A stretch of DNA of 64,000 bases from Syntrophales bacterium (GCA_963668175.1 OY764159.1:2048001-2112000); one strand, 5' to 3'; positions 10,502 through 21,392 are shown, counted from the stretch's first letter. Made by a program: numbers and translations. The notes: generated by a model not told the origin, from the sequence alone.

Positions 10502-10831
10502 ATGAAGGTCGGTTTTGCATCGGTTCCGATGGTCATAAGCAGCCTGCTTCTTGCAGCCTGCACGGGCGACGTTCCTTACGGACCGCCGGGCCCGGGTGGC
10601 CCAGATGGATGGGCGGGCATGATGCGTTACGGATTTCATAGCAGTATCGGCGGCATCGCCGTATGGATCATGTACCTGATCGTCGTCGTTCTACTGATCT
10701 ATATCGTCCTGCATGTCGGGAGTTCCAAACCGCACGACGACACCCCCGTGGACATTTTAAAAAAGCGCTACGCCCGGGGCGAAATTGCGAAAGAGGAATA
10801 CGATAGGATGAGAAAGGACCTGGAAACGTAA
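10502..10831 (+). CDS. SHOCT-domain membrane protein (possible lipoprotein)
   Basis: LAAC lipobox-like; DILKKRYARGEI.KEEY. Confidence 0.85.
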   Translation: MKVGFASVPMVISSLLLAACTGDVPYGPPGPGGPDGWAGMMRYGFHSSIGGIAVWIMYLIVVVLLIYIVLHVGSSKPHDDTPVDILKKRYARGEIAKEEYDRMRKDLET

Positions 10832-10997
10832 TTCACGGAGCGGGGCAGCGGAAGCCGGAGCGCCGTGCGCGCAGCTCCTTCGTAAAGGCTTGCCCGCCCT
10901 GTCTGTACGATATGCGAAAATGGAGACAGCAGCCATGGATGAGCAGGAAAACCGCCTGCATCATTCATGTCAATAAATTAATGAAAGGAATGGAGTT

Positions 10998-11525
10998 ATG
11001 GGAAAGATTTTAAGGGTTGTCGTCGTTGCAGGGATTTGTTTATCGTTTATTGCCTTCCTGGGATGCGCGCAGAAAGCGGCGGTCAAGGACGAGAGCGCCG
11101 GAGAGCAGAAAGCCGTGGCGCAGGCTCCGGCGGCCAAACCGCCTGAGGCCAAGGTCGAGGAGCAGAAGAAGCCGGCGGAAGCAGCCGCCGCCTACGAACT
11201 GTCCAACGTTTATTTCGATTTCGACAAGGCCGTTATCAAGAAGGACGCGAAGGACGTTCTCAAGAAGCATGCCGACTGGCTGAAAGCGAACAATGCCGTG
11301 AACGTCACCGTCGCCGGCAACTGCGACGAGAGGGGGACGGCCGAGTATAACCTCGCCCTGGGCCAGAGAAGGGCGAATGCCGCCGCGAAGTTCCTCGTCG
11401 ATTCCGGCGTGGCCAAGAAGAGAGTCAAGACGGTGAGCTACGGCAAGGAAAAACCGCTCGATCCGGGCCATAACGAGGAAGCCTGGGCCAAGAACAGAAG
11501 AGACGAGTTCGTTATCAACAAATAG
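10998..11525 (+). CDS. pal: Peptidoglycan-associated lipoprotein
   Basis: Lipobox; VYFDFD, GNCDERGT.EYN.ALG.RRA, VSYGKE, NRR. Confidence 0.92.
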   Translation: MGKILRVVVVAGICLSFIAFLGCAQKAAVKDESAGEQKAVAQAPAAKPPEAKVEEQKKPAEAAAAYELSNVYFDFDKAVIKKDAKDVLKKHADWLKANNAVNVTVAGNCDERGTAEYNLALGQRRANAAAKFLVDSGVAKKRVKTVSYGKEKPLDPGHNEEAWAKNRRDEFVINK

Positions 11526-11748
11526 AAGCGAAGCAGCGTCAGCTTCTAAAATATATCGATGATGCCGCGTACATCCGTCCTGCCGTCCGGAATGCCGGAG
11601 AGCGGGACGGATGACGGCGTTCCTTTTATCCCGTCCGGCCTGACCGGGCGGTGCGATGGCATCCCTTGCTCCGCCCCGCGCCGTTAACGTATATGCAACG
11701 TGCCATCCACCATGCTCTCGCAAAGTATGGTTCTCGGAATCCCCGCGA

Positions 11749-12465
11749 TCACGCCCGTAAAGCAGTCAGCATTTCATGCAGATTGTGTGTCATCAGGCTC
11801 AAATAGACGATCAGCCCCAGATAGAAAGTTGCGTACATGATTTTGCGGGCCGAATCTATATTGCGATGTGAAGGTTCTTCTTCATCGGCAGGTTTATGCT
11901 TCCATGCTTTGATGGCGCCTGGAACAGCGAGAATTGCCATCAATACGAGGATCGGGCTTGGCCTTACGAAGAAGAGGCCGACAAGAATAACGGCCCCCAG
12001 CAGCCATATCTTCGGGCTGACGATTGCCGTGATTCGGCCGCCGTCGAAAGGATACAGAGGGATCAGATTGAACAGGTTCAGGAAAAACCCCGCATAGGCC
12101 AGCGCCAGCAGAAGCGTGCTGTCCGTGTTCCTCGCCAGCACATAGCAGCCTAATGCACCTAGCGTTCCGAGAAATGGTCCCGCAAAGGCAACGTACGCTT
12201 CTATTTCGGGATCAAGGAGAATCTCTTTGAGTTCGATCCACGCGCCCACAAACGGGATGAACACCGGCAATCCCACGTTCAGGCCCTTCTGGCGGGCAGC
12301 GATGTAATGACCGGTCTCATGAAGGAAAAGAAGGGCGACGAAACCGACGGCATACTTCCACCCCAGGACCAGGGAGTATGCGAAGACGGATAAAATCATG
12401 GAACCGCAACTGAGAAGGATTTTACCCAACTTCCCCGCTGTGAGAAGCAGAAACAGTGTCTTCAT
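11749..12465 (-). CDS. Site-2 protease (M50 family)
   Basis: HETGH, AGP, NLIP..P.DGG. Confidence 0.92.
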   Translation of the reverse strand: MKTLFLLLTAGKLGKILLSCGSMILSVFAYSLVLGWKYAVGFVALLFLHETGHYIAARQKGLNVGLPVFIPFVGAWIELKEILLDPEIEAYVAFAGPFLGTLGALGCYVLARNTDSTLLLALAYAGFFLNLFNLIPLYPFDGGRITAIVSPKIWLLGAVILVGLFFVRPSPILVLMAILAVPGAIKAWKHKPADEEEPSHRNIDSARKIMYATFYLGLIVYLSLMTHNLHEMLTALRA

Positions 12466-13364
12466 GCCGATGTCTTATTCTTATCGGATTTCTTTTTCCT
12501 GAAATAAACCAGGATGCCGGCAAGAGCCCCGCCGGCTCCGAGGATATATTTCGCAAGAATGGAAAACAACCCTATCTTCTTTGCCGCCGCGCCTGCGACG
12601 ACTGCCATAAGGCCGTACTCCGCCAGTTTGTCCGTGTCCTTGTTGAAGTCGGCGTATCTCTTTCCTTCCTTAAAAGTCGTCGACAACGCAATAGCGTTGA
12701 TTCCCGCTCGCAGGACGTCCAAGTCTCCCATCGGGGAATACGTTTCTATGCCGAGGCAGCCTTCCCTTCCGAGGATAACGGCATTGAAGGAGTGGTTCTT
12801 TTGCGGATTTCCTTTGATGCCGCGCGTATAGGCGAATGTGAACCGATGACTTGGTTCGTCATAGGCCGGCTTTTCGATCCAGCCGGTTTCCATGTCGGGC
12901 AGCCCCTTTTTCCGATTTTCCTCATTCGATTTATCGAAGCTTTGCTGGAGGAGCTCCTGGATCTTGTCGGCGGGATACTGTTTTAACTTATCGTCATTGA
13001 CATGCCCGGTTTTATCGAAACTGAGAGCCATACACCAGGACGCGTTCTGGTCCGTCATGGGAAATACGAGACCTGCAAAACTAGCGTCAAAATCCGCTTC
13101 CGAACGTCCAGCCGAGATGAGGAGTTTTTTGGCGGGCAGGGCAGGCATGTATCCGTAACCTTCGGGGAGATTTATCTCTGCCTGATCGAAAATGGGTATG
13201 ATCGCCGGGCCTTTTACAAGAGAGGCTTCGGCTTCTTTTGCCGCGGCGGTTGCCGCATCCGAGGATGTCCGGCTGCCGTCGGCCTCAGCAAAGGCGGATG
13301 CCGACATCAGGATGACCAGCAAAAGGGCGATCCAGATTATTGGTCTCGTGCTTGCAGGGTTCAT
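12462..13364 (-). CDS. DUF2167 family membrane-anchored protein
   Basis: GP..I...DQA...LPEGY, W.E.P.YD, LGREG, G.RYADF....DK.AEYGL; coupled to the M50 gene. Confidence 0.82.
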   Translation of the reverse strand: MNPASTRPIIWIALLLVILMSASAFAEADGSRTSSDAATAAAKEAEASLVKGPAIIPIFDQAEINLPEGYGYMPALPAKKLLISAGRSEADFDASFAGLVFPMTDQNASWCMALSFDKTGHVNDDKLKQYPADKIQELLQQSFDKSNEENRKKGLPDMETGWIEKPAYDEPSHRFTFAYTRGIKGNPQKNHSFNAVILGREGCLGIETYSPMGDLDVLRAGINAIALSTTFKEGKRYADFNKDTDKLAEYGLMAVVAGAAAKKIGLFSILAKYILGAGGALAGILVYFRKKKSDKNKTSA

Positions 13365-13905
13365 GTTCTTCTCATCTCCTTTCCGTGGTTTCATTGGTCG
13401 ATGCGGCATGTCTTTCCTTGGTTCGACGCCGTCGTTCATCTTCCGCTTTGCAGTTCGGGCATAGGAAACGTATCGCTGTCTGCGATATCCCGCTTGGTTG
13501 GAATATAATAGTCTTTTACTAATAAACAGATGTGATTTCAATCACAAATAATATCAATAATATCCACACGGTATGGTTTTGGACCGGACCGAATAGATGA
13601 TGGGCGAAACGGACGGCTATTGAAGAGTACGGCTTGAAAGGCGGCATGCCGGTGACGAGACCGTTCTTGAGGATTACGGGAAGCAATCGTGCGCCATTTT
13701 AAAACAAGACCGGCGCGACCGGGACGAATTATTCCTTGTGCCTCTCGGTGCGGACCGGAGGGTCTTTTTTGATCTTGGCGGGCTCTGTCTCGGCCTCCCG
13801 CCTGTTGACGTTTTGTTCGGTCATGCGGATTCCTGTTGGATGGCATGATTTATACTGCACATGTTACCTGAGCGACGGCATCAAGAATAACGTACCCCCC
13901 CCTTT

Positions 13906-14595
13906 CTATCGTTTCTCCATCCTGCGGTAAAAATTTGAGTCAAAGTCTATCTCTTTCGCACAGTTTTTATTCAAGCCGGCTAGAAAGTCCACGCTGAAGC
14001 CCATACCCATGGAATAATAGTTATAATATTTTCTATAGCTGTCCTTATATGTTACGATCCTGTCCTCTTTTCCGAAAATGTCCCTTAACAATTCCGGCGT
14101 GATACAAAATTTGTCGTAATCGAGAGAGAGATGGCGTATGCCTGTCTGAGATCTTTCTCCAGACACCCATCGATAGTTCGGATTCCGATTTTCTTTCTTA
14201 ACGTAGAGCACCCCATTGATTTCTTCGTATCTTTGTTCGATCGCCAAGCCCCGCGCCACATCCTCTACAAACGTCTGGAATGTGAATTTTTCACTTGCCC
14301 GTTCTCTCACTTTTTTATACTTTTTCAGAAACTCCTCGGGAGACTTTTCCGGTGTCATGCTTTTGCTTCTTAGCACTTTCACGTCTTCGCCCTTGGCCCT
14401 TAATTGTCGGACATGTTCCTGCCACTTTTCACTCGTTGTTTGTTCAGTCTTTCCTTCTCCCACTCCCAAAATCATAAACATCGCGACCATCAGCAGCGCC
14501 AGTAACATTCTCCCGGCTTTCGCTGCCGAAAACGGCGCGGACGATCCGGCCGCGTTCGCCTGAGAAAAAGGTTTTGTGCAATGGGATTTCGACAT
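13906..14595 (-). CDS. Hypothetical exported/membrane-anchored protein
   Basis: 229-aa ORF, one hydrophobic segment, AT-rich body. Confidence 0.6.
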   Translation of the reverse strand: MSKSHCTKPFSQANAAGSSAPFSAAKAGRMLLALLMVAMFMILGVGEGKTEQTTSEKWQEHVRQLRAKGEDVKVLRSKSMTPEKSPEEFLKKYKKVRERASEKFTFQTFVEDVARGLAIEQRYEEINGVLYVKKENRNPNYRWVSGERSQTGIRHLSLDYDKFCITPELLRDIFGKEDRIVTYKDSYRKYYNYYSMGMGFSVDFLAGLNKNCAKEIDFDSNFYRRMEKR

Positions 14596-14700
14596 CTTCG
14601 TTCCCCCCTTTCCGAACGACGTCTTGAAGAAAACTTCTGTGATGGTTGAACCGGCAGCGTCTGCCGGGACCGCCGCAATTAAAGGATGCTCAAGTATTCG

Positions 14701-16611
14701 TCACTTCCGGTCGCCGCGGAGGTCGAGGACGAGCTTGCGGAGGCCTTCGGCCGTGACGTCTTCGGCTGCTACGGGCGGTCCCGCGACGATCTCCACCTTC
14801 GACCAGAACCGCCTGGGCGCGTGGGTCATAGCATAGCCGCCCTTGTGGCTGAAGTAGCTCCCCCACAGTCCCTTGAGGGCCATGGGGATGACGGGGACGG
14901 GCGTCCGCTCGATAATCATTTCGATCCCCGGCCGGAAGACGTCCATCTCGCCGTCCTTCGTGATGGAGCCCTCGGGGAAGATGCCGACGATCTCCCCCTC
15001 GGCCAGGGCCGCCGCCACGTCGTCGAAGGCCTTCTTGAACGCCTCGGGGTTTTTCTTCTTCGAGTCGATGGGGATGGCCTTGCCGGTCCGGAAGATGAAG
15101 TTGAGGACGGGCAGGCGGTAGATCGGCTCGTACATGACGAAGCGTATCGGGCGGCGGCAGGAGCCGGCGATCAGCAGGCCGTCCACGTAGCTCACATGGT
15201 TGCAGACGATCACCGCCGGGCCCTCGTCGGGGATGTGGTGGAAGTTGCGGTGGGTCACCCGGTACATCGTGTGCGTGAGGATCCAGATGAGGAAGCGCAT
15301 CGCGAACTCGGGGATGGTCGTGTAGATGAAGGCGGCCACGCAGATGTTCATGACGACGAGGACGACGAAGAACTGCGGGATCGTGACGCCGGCGACGCCC
15401 AGGAGCAAGGCCCCGGCGATGCTCGCCACGACCATGAAGAGGGCGTTCATGATGTTGTTGGCGGCGATGACGCGCGCCCGGTGTTCCACGGCCGTGCGCT
15501 TCTGCACGAGGGTGTAGAGCGGGACGATGTAGATGCCGCCGAAGACTCCGACGAGGACGAAGTCCGCAAGGACCCGCCAGCTTCCCGGCACGGCGAGGAA
15601 CTGCGAAAGCGTGAGCAGCCCGGAGACGGCGGGCGTGGTGTAGGCGAAGACGAGGTCGAAGCCGAAGATGCTGAGGCCGATGGAGCCGAGCGGCACGAGG
15701 CCGAGCTCGAGCTTGCGGTCCGAGAGCCGTTCGCACAGGAGCGACCCGATGCCGACGCCGACGGAGAACATCGTAAGGAGGACCGTCACGACGCCCTCGC
15801 CGCCGCGGAGAACGTCCTTCGCGTAGTCGGGAAGCTGCGTGAGGTACGAGGCCCCGAGGAACCAGAACCACGAGATGCCCATGATGGAGAGGAAGACCGA
15901 TTCGGGCTCCCGGGCGAATTTGATATTATGCCACGTCTCGGCGAAGGGGTTCCAGCCGATCTTCAGACCGGCGGCCACGGGCGGCGCCTTCGGGATGAAG
16001 AGGCTCGCGAGATACCCGCCGACGGCGACGAGGCAGACGCACACGGAAAGCCACAGGGCGGAGCCGGACGTCTGGGTGAGGAGGGCGCCGACGATCGTCC
16101 CGATGAGGATGGCGACGAAGGTGCCCATCTCCACCATGGCGTTGCCGCCTACCAGCTCGTCTTCCGCCAGGTGCTGGGGGATGATGCTGTATTTGACCGG
16201 GCCGAAGAGGGTCGCCTGGAGGCCGAGGAAGAAGAGGAGGACCATGAGGAAGACCGTGTTGTGGAGGAAGAACCCCGCGGCGGCGACCGCCATGATCGCG
16301 ACTTCCAGGAGCTTGATGTAGCGGATGAGCCTTGCCTTGTCGTACTTGTCGGCGATCTGCCCGGCCAGGGCCGAGAAGAGAAAGAAGGGCAGGATGAAGA
16401 GCCCCGCGGCGACGTTCACCCACGTGTGGGAATGGCCGCTGATCTCTTTGCCCGCGTGAAACGCGATGATGAGGATCAGGGCGTTCTTGAAGACGTTGTC
16501 GTTGAAAGCCCCCAGGAACTGGGTGCAGAAGAACGGAGCGAAACGGCGGGACAGGAGGAGCGAAAACTGGCTCTTCTCCCGGCCCGCCGCCGTATCGTTG
16601 ATGTTGGACAC
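14701..16611 (-). CDS. MFS (LplT-like) fused to PlsC-type acyltransferase
   Basis: QFLGAFNDN.FKN; NHVSYVD; FPEG. Confidence 0.92.
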   Translation of the reverse strand: MSNINDTAAGREKSQFSLLLSRRFAPFFCTQFLGAFNDNVFKNALILIIAFHAGKEISGHSHTWVNVAAGLFILPFFLFSALAGQIADKYDKARLIRYIKLLEVAIMAVAAAGFFLHNTVFLMVLLFFLGLQATLFGPVKYSIIPQHLAEDELVGGNAMVEMGTFVAILIGTIVGALLTQTSGSALWLSVCVCLVAVGGYLASLFIPKAPPVAAGLKIGWNPFAETWHNIKFAREPESVFLSIMGISWFWFLGASYLTQLPDYAKDVLRGGEGVVTVLLTMFSVGVGIGSLLCERLSDRKLELGLVPLGSIGLSIFGFDLVFAYTTPAVSGLLTLSQFLAVPGSWRVLADFVLVGVFGGIYIVPLYTLVQKRTAVEHRARVIAANNIMNALFMVVASIAGALLLGVAGVTIPQFFVVLVVMNICVAAFIYTTIPEFAMRFLIWILTHTMYRVTHRNFHHIPDEGPAVIVCNHVSYVDGLLIAGSCRRPIRFVMYEPIYRLPVLNFIFRTGKAIPIDSKKKNPEAFKKAFDDVAAALAEGEIVGIFPEGSITKDGEMDVFRPGIEMIIERTPVPVIPMALKGLWGSYFSHKGGYAMTHAPRRFWSKVEIVAGPPVAAEDVTAEGLRKLVLDLRGDRK

Positions 16612-16643
16612 CTCTTGTCCCCCCCTTGTGTCCCGCTGTTAAC

Positions 16644-16870
16644 CGGCTGTTGAAAAACGCCCATCTGTCGCGTTGTTTATCACCTTCAGGTGACGCCGCA
16701 AGCCTCGTCATTCGACATACTTTTATGTATGCCTCATTCCTCGCTGCGCCCCCCGCATGGGGGGGCTTTTGCGCGTCCCCTAAAGGGGATCAACCTTACA
16801 TCTGGACATTTTTGAACACCCCCTATGCAGGGGGCATGGCCTGCCCGAAATCGAGTTTTTCAACAAGCGT
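16644..16870. repeat. MITE-like intergenic repeat, copy 2, with four nested hairpins
   Basis: Terminal inverted repeat TGTTGAAAAAC...GTTTTTCAACA. Confidence 0.78.
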
Positions 16871-19800
16871 TTAACCGGCGGCGGCCGTGCCGGGCATGTC
16901 GCCGTCCTCTTCTCCGCCCTTCATCTTCTCGTCCAGGCGCTCGGCCTGGAGGAGGAAGGCCTCCAGCTTGGCCGTGATGATCGGCGGGAAGAGGTTGCCG
17001 TCGCTTTCGATGGCGAGGAAGGGCAGGTCCTGGATGCCCTGTTCCGCGAGGCGGCGGTGGATCTCCTTCGCGCCGATGCTCATTTTCCCTTCCATGTTCA
17101 TTTCTTTCGTCAGGATCGCCTCGGCCAGGCGGTTCGGCATGCAGCCGAAGGGGCCGATGGCGATCGCGCCGCAGTAGTGGTCCACGACCTCGTTCAGGAC
17201 GGCCCCCACCGTGAGGATGGCCTCGCCGGTAAGCTCGGGGTTGACCAGGTGGGTCGAGTGCCTCATGATGTGGTCCACGTCCTCCATCTTGTCCGAGCAG
17301 AGGCCGGACGGCAGGAGGGCCTTGCGGAACGACCGCTCGTACTTCCTCATGACCGCGCCGCGGAAGGCCAGCGCCAGCCGGTCCGCGACGGAGGTCCGGA
17401 GGGCCGCCACCCTGTTCTGGACGCACCAGTCCGTATAGTAGATCCATTCCATGACCGACGAGACCTTGGCCGCGAATCCCCGTTCGGCAAGCTCTTCGAG
17501 CAGGTATTGCCGCGATATGCCGTCGTGGCGGACGAAGATCTCCCCGGCGAGAAGCACGACCGGCGTCTCCGCAAGGGTGCGCCTGACGGGGATGGCCGCC
17601 AGCACTTCCGCCGCTTCGGAGAGGGCGCGGGAGACGTTCTTGAGATTCGGCGATGTTTCCATCGCGGAGATGGCCTTCCGCCACTGCGTTTCGAAGATCT
17701 CCACCGCCTTCGCGCGGTCCACGGCGTTTGTGAGGAGCGTCGAGTAGATCTCCTCGAAGATCGAGGCCATGGTGACCGCGCCCCAGATGCCCATGGCAAG
17801 CCGCTGGCCGCCGAAGCCGCTGTAGCTGTTTTCCGCCGTGAACGAAAGCATGGCGACATGCTCGAGCTTCCGGTGGCGGATCAGGTCGGCAAGGAAGGTC
17901 GTGTACTGGCCGTAGCGGCAAGGCCCCGAGGCCGTGGGCATGAAGTAGATCAGCCTCTCCTCCGGCTTCTGCCGGTGCTTCGTATAGTCGAGGAGGCTCC
18001 CCGCGGTGATGATGAGGGGGAGGCATTCCTTGCAGGAGGAGCAGCCCCGGCCCGCCTTCAGGACCTCGTCGTCCGCCGGGGGCAGGGCGGAGGCCCGGTA
18101 GCCCAGGCCGCGGAAGGCCGCGGCGCCCGCCTCGGCGATGAACCGCCCCATGGACGGGATGATGATGTGGACGTTCGGGTCCGAGAGGTTGTAGCCCTTG
18201 CCGTGTGAATCGACATAGACCGCCCGGTCCTTGCTCGCATGGATGCGGGCCGGGAGGAACGTGTCCTCCTGGTCGGGAATCTTGTCGAGGCCGAGCTTGC
18301 GGTAGCGCTTCACGATGTCGATGAAGGCCTCGATCCTCGTTTCCAGACCGGCGTCGGCCACGTGGCTGTCGAGCTCCAGCGTCAGGGAGGGCTTCGTACC
18401 CATGACGTCGCGGAAGTAGCCGACGAGGAACGAATCGGGCCCGCAGGAGAAGTTCGTGACGTAGCAGCCGAAGAGTTGCGGGTGGTTCTTGACGAAGTCG
18501 CTCACCTGGAGGATGCGCTGCCCGGCGGACCAGTACATGTGGTCCTTGACGATCCTGCCCGACAGGGGCAGGGCGTTCAGCGGGACGACGCGGATGCCCC
18601 GGGAGGCGATCTTGTTGGGGATGCCCATGTGGGCCTCCGACACGAGGGCGTTGTACGAGCGGCCGAAGATGACGACGGCGAAGGCGTCCGGATCGGCCTC
18701 CAGTTCCGCGAGGACTTCCGCGCCGACCGCCTTGATCTCGTCCGCTGCTTTCTTCTGCGCGTCGAGGGCCTTGCGGAAGGCGGCGACGGCGGTGCTCCGC
18801 CCGATCCCCAGGCGGGCGGCCGTGGCGACGAAGGCGTCACGGGACTCGGGCAGGCCCTTGGAGAAGTCGAGGACGGGATCGAGGATCCGGCCTTCGGCCT
18901 TCAGGCGCCGGTATGTCGGGTGCTCCTTGAAAGCGGGGGCGAGATAGAAAGGTTCGCCCTGGGAGAGCGGGCAGGTGACGCCCTGGTGTTTTCCCGTGTC
19001 GACGAAGTCCCCCTTCAACTGCGGGAGGAAAAGGTAATCGGGCTTTTGATTGAGGAGGTCGAGGAAGTAGCCGTGGGCGATCTCCGCCGGGTAGCAGAAC
19101 GGCGCGCTCTTTTTGTCGATGCCCTCCTGGTCGATGCGTCCGGCCAGGACGACCTTGACGCCCAGGGCCTCGAAGAAGGTCCGGTAGAGGGGGTAATACG
19201 TATTGACCATGAACGACTTGTTGATGCCCACGACGGGCGCGCCCGCGGGTTTCGCTTCCGCTTCCTGCGCCGGCGGAAAGACGATGCGCTCGAAGCTTGC
19301 CACGCGGTTGAGCTTCCCCACGTCGAACTTCGCGTTCGACCGCATGTTGTACCAGCGGTTGCAGGCGCCGCCGAAGGGGTAGACCTTGCCGTCGATCCTG
19401 ATCCGGGCGATCTCGCAGCGGCGGTCGCAGTTCTCCTTGCCGCCGTTGCAGACGAAGGACGGCCCGTATTCCAGCTCGCGGTCGCGGAGCACCTCCAGCG
19501 AGTAGTTCTCCTCCTTGATGAAGCCGAGGTTCAGCCGGTCGATGATCTCCAGGGCGACGCCGAAAGCGCCCGTGAGCCCCGGATCGGGCGGGACGATGAT
19601 CGGCTTGCCGATGAGCGTCGCCATGGCGAGGGGGATGGCCTTGTTGTAGCAGACCCCGCCCTGCATGAAGACCTTCTGCCCCACCTTGCGGCTTCCCTTG
19701 ACGCGGTTCGCGTAGTTCATGCAGATGGAGTAGACGAGGCCCGCCACGATGTCCTCCATGGAGAGGCCCTCGTGGAAGGCGTTCTTGATGTCGCTCGATA

Positions 19801-21253
19801 TGAAGGCGGCGCACTGGTCGTTGAAGTTGGGCGGGTTCGTTCCCCTGACGGCGATTCCGGCGATCTCCTCCGTGGCGATGTTCAGGGCCTCCCGGGCCGC
19901 CTCCTCCAGGAAGGAGCCCGTGCCCGCGCTGCACGCCTCGTTCATGGCGTAGTCGGAGGGCACGCCGTTCGTGAGGTGCGTGTACTTGGCGTCCTGGCCG
20001 CCGATTTCGAAGATCGTGTCCACGTCGCCGTCGAAGTAGACGGCCCCGGCGGCGTGGGCGATGATCTCGTTGATGACGCCGTCCGTCATGGCGTGGAGGC
20101 CGGCGATCTGGCGACCCGAGCCCGTGACGCCGAGGCCGGCGATGGCGATCCTGCCGTTTAAATTCCCGATCTGGGCGGCGAGGCTCCGGTAGCAGGCCCG
20201 CGACGCCCCGACGGGATCGCCGTTCGTCCGGAGATAGTCGGAGGCGAGGATGAGCTGGTCGGACATCCTGACGAGCACGGCCTTCGTCGTCGTCGAGCCC
20301 ACATCGAGCCCGAGGACGCACCTGTCGCCCTCCTTGATCGTCCCCCGCGGGGCGGATTTGAAGGTGACCATGTCCTCCGCGTTTTTGAGGGGCGGCAGGT
20401 GGGGGAAGGCGTGTTTGCGCGGCTTGAAGAGATCGGAGGCCGCAGGCACCGGCAGGGTGTCGTTCGCAAGCGCCCAGAGCGCGCAGCCGAAGGCCTCGAA
20501 ATAGGGGGCCTCCTCGGGGATGACGATGCCGGGGACGTCCTTCTTCAGGTGGTCGATCATGACCTGGTTTAAGGCGCAGCCGCCGATGACCATGACGTGG
20601 CTGCGGGAGACCTTCTTGATCAGTTCCAGGATCTTCCCCGCCATCATCTGGCAGAGGCCCGACGTGACCCGCTCCTTGGGGATGCCCTTGTTCGTGGCGT
20701 GGGTGCAGTCGCTCTTGCAGAAGACGCTGCAGCGCCCCGAAACCTTGTACGGTTCCGCCGTGCGCGCTATCCGCACGGCCTCTTCGAGGCCCACGTCCAT
20801 CCTCCTGATCTGCTGGAGGAAGAATTCGCCGGTCCCGGAGGCGCATTTATTGCCGGCATGGACGGACGAGATGCGGCCGTCGGAACCTAATAGATAAAGG
20901 ATAAAGGCCTCGCTGCCGGCGCTGACGATGGCCTCGACGCCGTTGCCGCCGCCGCTCAGATGGAGGAAGGCCTGTTCGATGGCCTTCGGTTCCGGGATGG
21001 ACGACAGGTTGACGGAATGCCTGAATTTACGGCCCGTAACGGCGACCTTGAGGCCGGGGGCTCCCGGCAGGGATTTCATGACTTCTTCAAAGATGTGCTG
21101 GGGATTGCCTGCGTGGGCCTTCACGAACTGGTTCGTGACGGCGATGTGTCCGTTGGCGCTGCGCTCGACGGTAACGGTCTTGATGGTGGCTGTGCCGACG
21201 CAAATGCCCACGGCCTGTTGTATGGTGGTGTCGCAAGCGGTGCTGTGCTTCAT
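16871..21253 (-). CDS. Acyl-CoA dehydratase activase-related multidomain protein (two ASKHA/BadF modules + DUF2229-like region)
   Basis: CASGTG.F, GLDVGSTTTK, EIGGQDAK, NEACSAGTGSF, PFCYP, CGPDSF, GPCRYGQY, GPFGCMP; ATG 21253 after GAGGAG. Confidence 0.9.
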   Translation of the reverse strand: MKHSTACDTTIQQAVGICVGTATIKTVTVERSANGHIAVTNQFVKAHAGNPQHIFEEVMKSLPGAPGLKVAVTGRKFRHSVNLSSIPEPKAIEQAFLHLSGGGNGVEAIVSAGSEAFILYLLGSDGRISSVHAGNKCASGTGEFFLQQIRRMDVGLEEAVRIARTAEPYKVSGRCSVFCKSDCTHATNKGIPKERVTSGLCQMMAGKILELIKKVSRSHVMVIGGCALNQVMIDHLKKDVPGIVIPEEAPYFEAFGCALWALANDTLPVPAASDLFKPRKHAFPHLPPLKNAEDMVTFKSAPRGTIKEGDRCVLGLDVGSTTTKAVLVRMSDQLILASDYLRTNGDPVGASRACYRSLAAQIGNLNGRIAIAGLGVTGSGRQIAGLHAMTDGVINEIIAHAAGAVYFDGDVDTIFEIGGQDAKYTHLTNGVPSDYAMNEACSAGTGSFLEEAAREALNIATEEIAGIAVRGTNPPNFNDQCAAFISSDIKNAFHEGLSMEDIVAGLVYSICMNYANRVKGSRKVGQKVFMQGGVCYNKAIPLAMATLIGKPIIVPPDPGLTGAFGVALEIIDRLNLGFIKEENYSLEVLRDRELEYGPSFVCNGGKENCDRRCEIARIRIDGKVYPFGGACNRWYNMRSNAKFDVGKLNRVASFERIVFPPAQEAEAKPAGAPVVGINKSFMVNTYYPLYRTFFEALGVKVVLAGRIDQEGIDKKSAPFCYPAEIAHGYFLDLLNQKPDYLFLPQLKGDFVDTGKHQGVTCPLSQGEPFYLAPAFKEHPTYRRLKAEGRILDPVLDFSKGLPESRDAFVATAARLGIGRSTAVAAFRKALDAQKKAADEIKAVGAEVLAELEADPDAFAVVIFGRSYNALVSEAHMGIPNKIASRGIRVVPLNALPLSGRIVKDHMYWSAGQRILQVSDFVKNHPQLFGCYVTNFSCGPDSFLVGYFRDVMGTKPSLTLELDSHVADAGLETRIEAFIDIVKRYRKLGLDKIPDQEDTFLPARIHASKDRAVYVDSHGKGYNLSDPNVHIIIPSMGRFIAEAGAAAFRGLGYRASALPPADDEVLKAGRGCSSCKECLPLIITAGSLLDYTKHRQKPEERLIYFMPTASGPCRYGQYTTFLADLIRHRKLEHVAMLSFTAENSYSGFGGQRLAMGIWGAVTMASIFEEIYSTLLTNAVDRAKAVEIFETQWRKAISAMETSPNLKNVSRALSEAAEVLAAIPVRRTLAETPVVLLAGEIFVRHDGISRQYLLEELAERGFAAKVSSVMEWIYYTDWCVQNRVAALRTSVADRLALAFRGAVMRKYERSFRKALLPSGLCSDKMEDVDHIMRHSTHLVNPELTGEAILTVGAVLNEVVDHYCGAIAIGPFGCMPNRLAEAILTKEMNMEGKMSIGAKEIHRRLAEQGIQDLPFLAIESDGNLFPPIITAKLEAFLLQAERLDEKMKGGEEDGDMPGTAAAG

Positions 21254-21392
21254 GATCGAACTCCTCTTTTCAACATAACAGAAAAAGATATATAGCAGTA
21301 TAAAGACAATATCAATCAAAATCGTAATACACCTGATGACCGAATGGCCCCGCAGATGCCCGGGGCGTTTATGTATGCCTTGCCATCAATGA

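Noticed and set aside
11690..11706. Sigma54 promoter (TGGCACGTTGCA, minus strand)
   Set aside because: Wrong -24/-12 spacing and no suitable downstream gene
14686..20846. Long antisense/alternate-frame ORFs (655, 640, 669 aa; similarly 41556-43886, 53453-55378, 57776-60379)
   Set aside because: Stop-poor shadows of high-GC genes with no motifs
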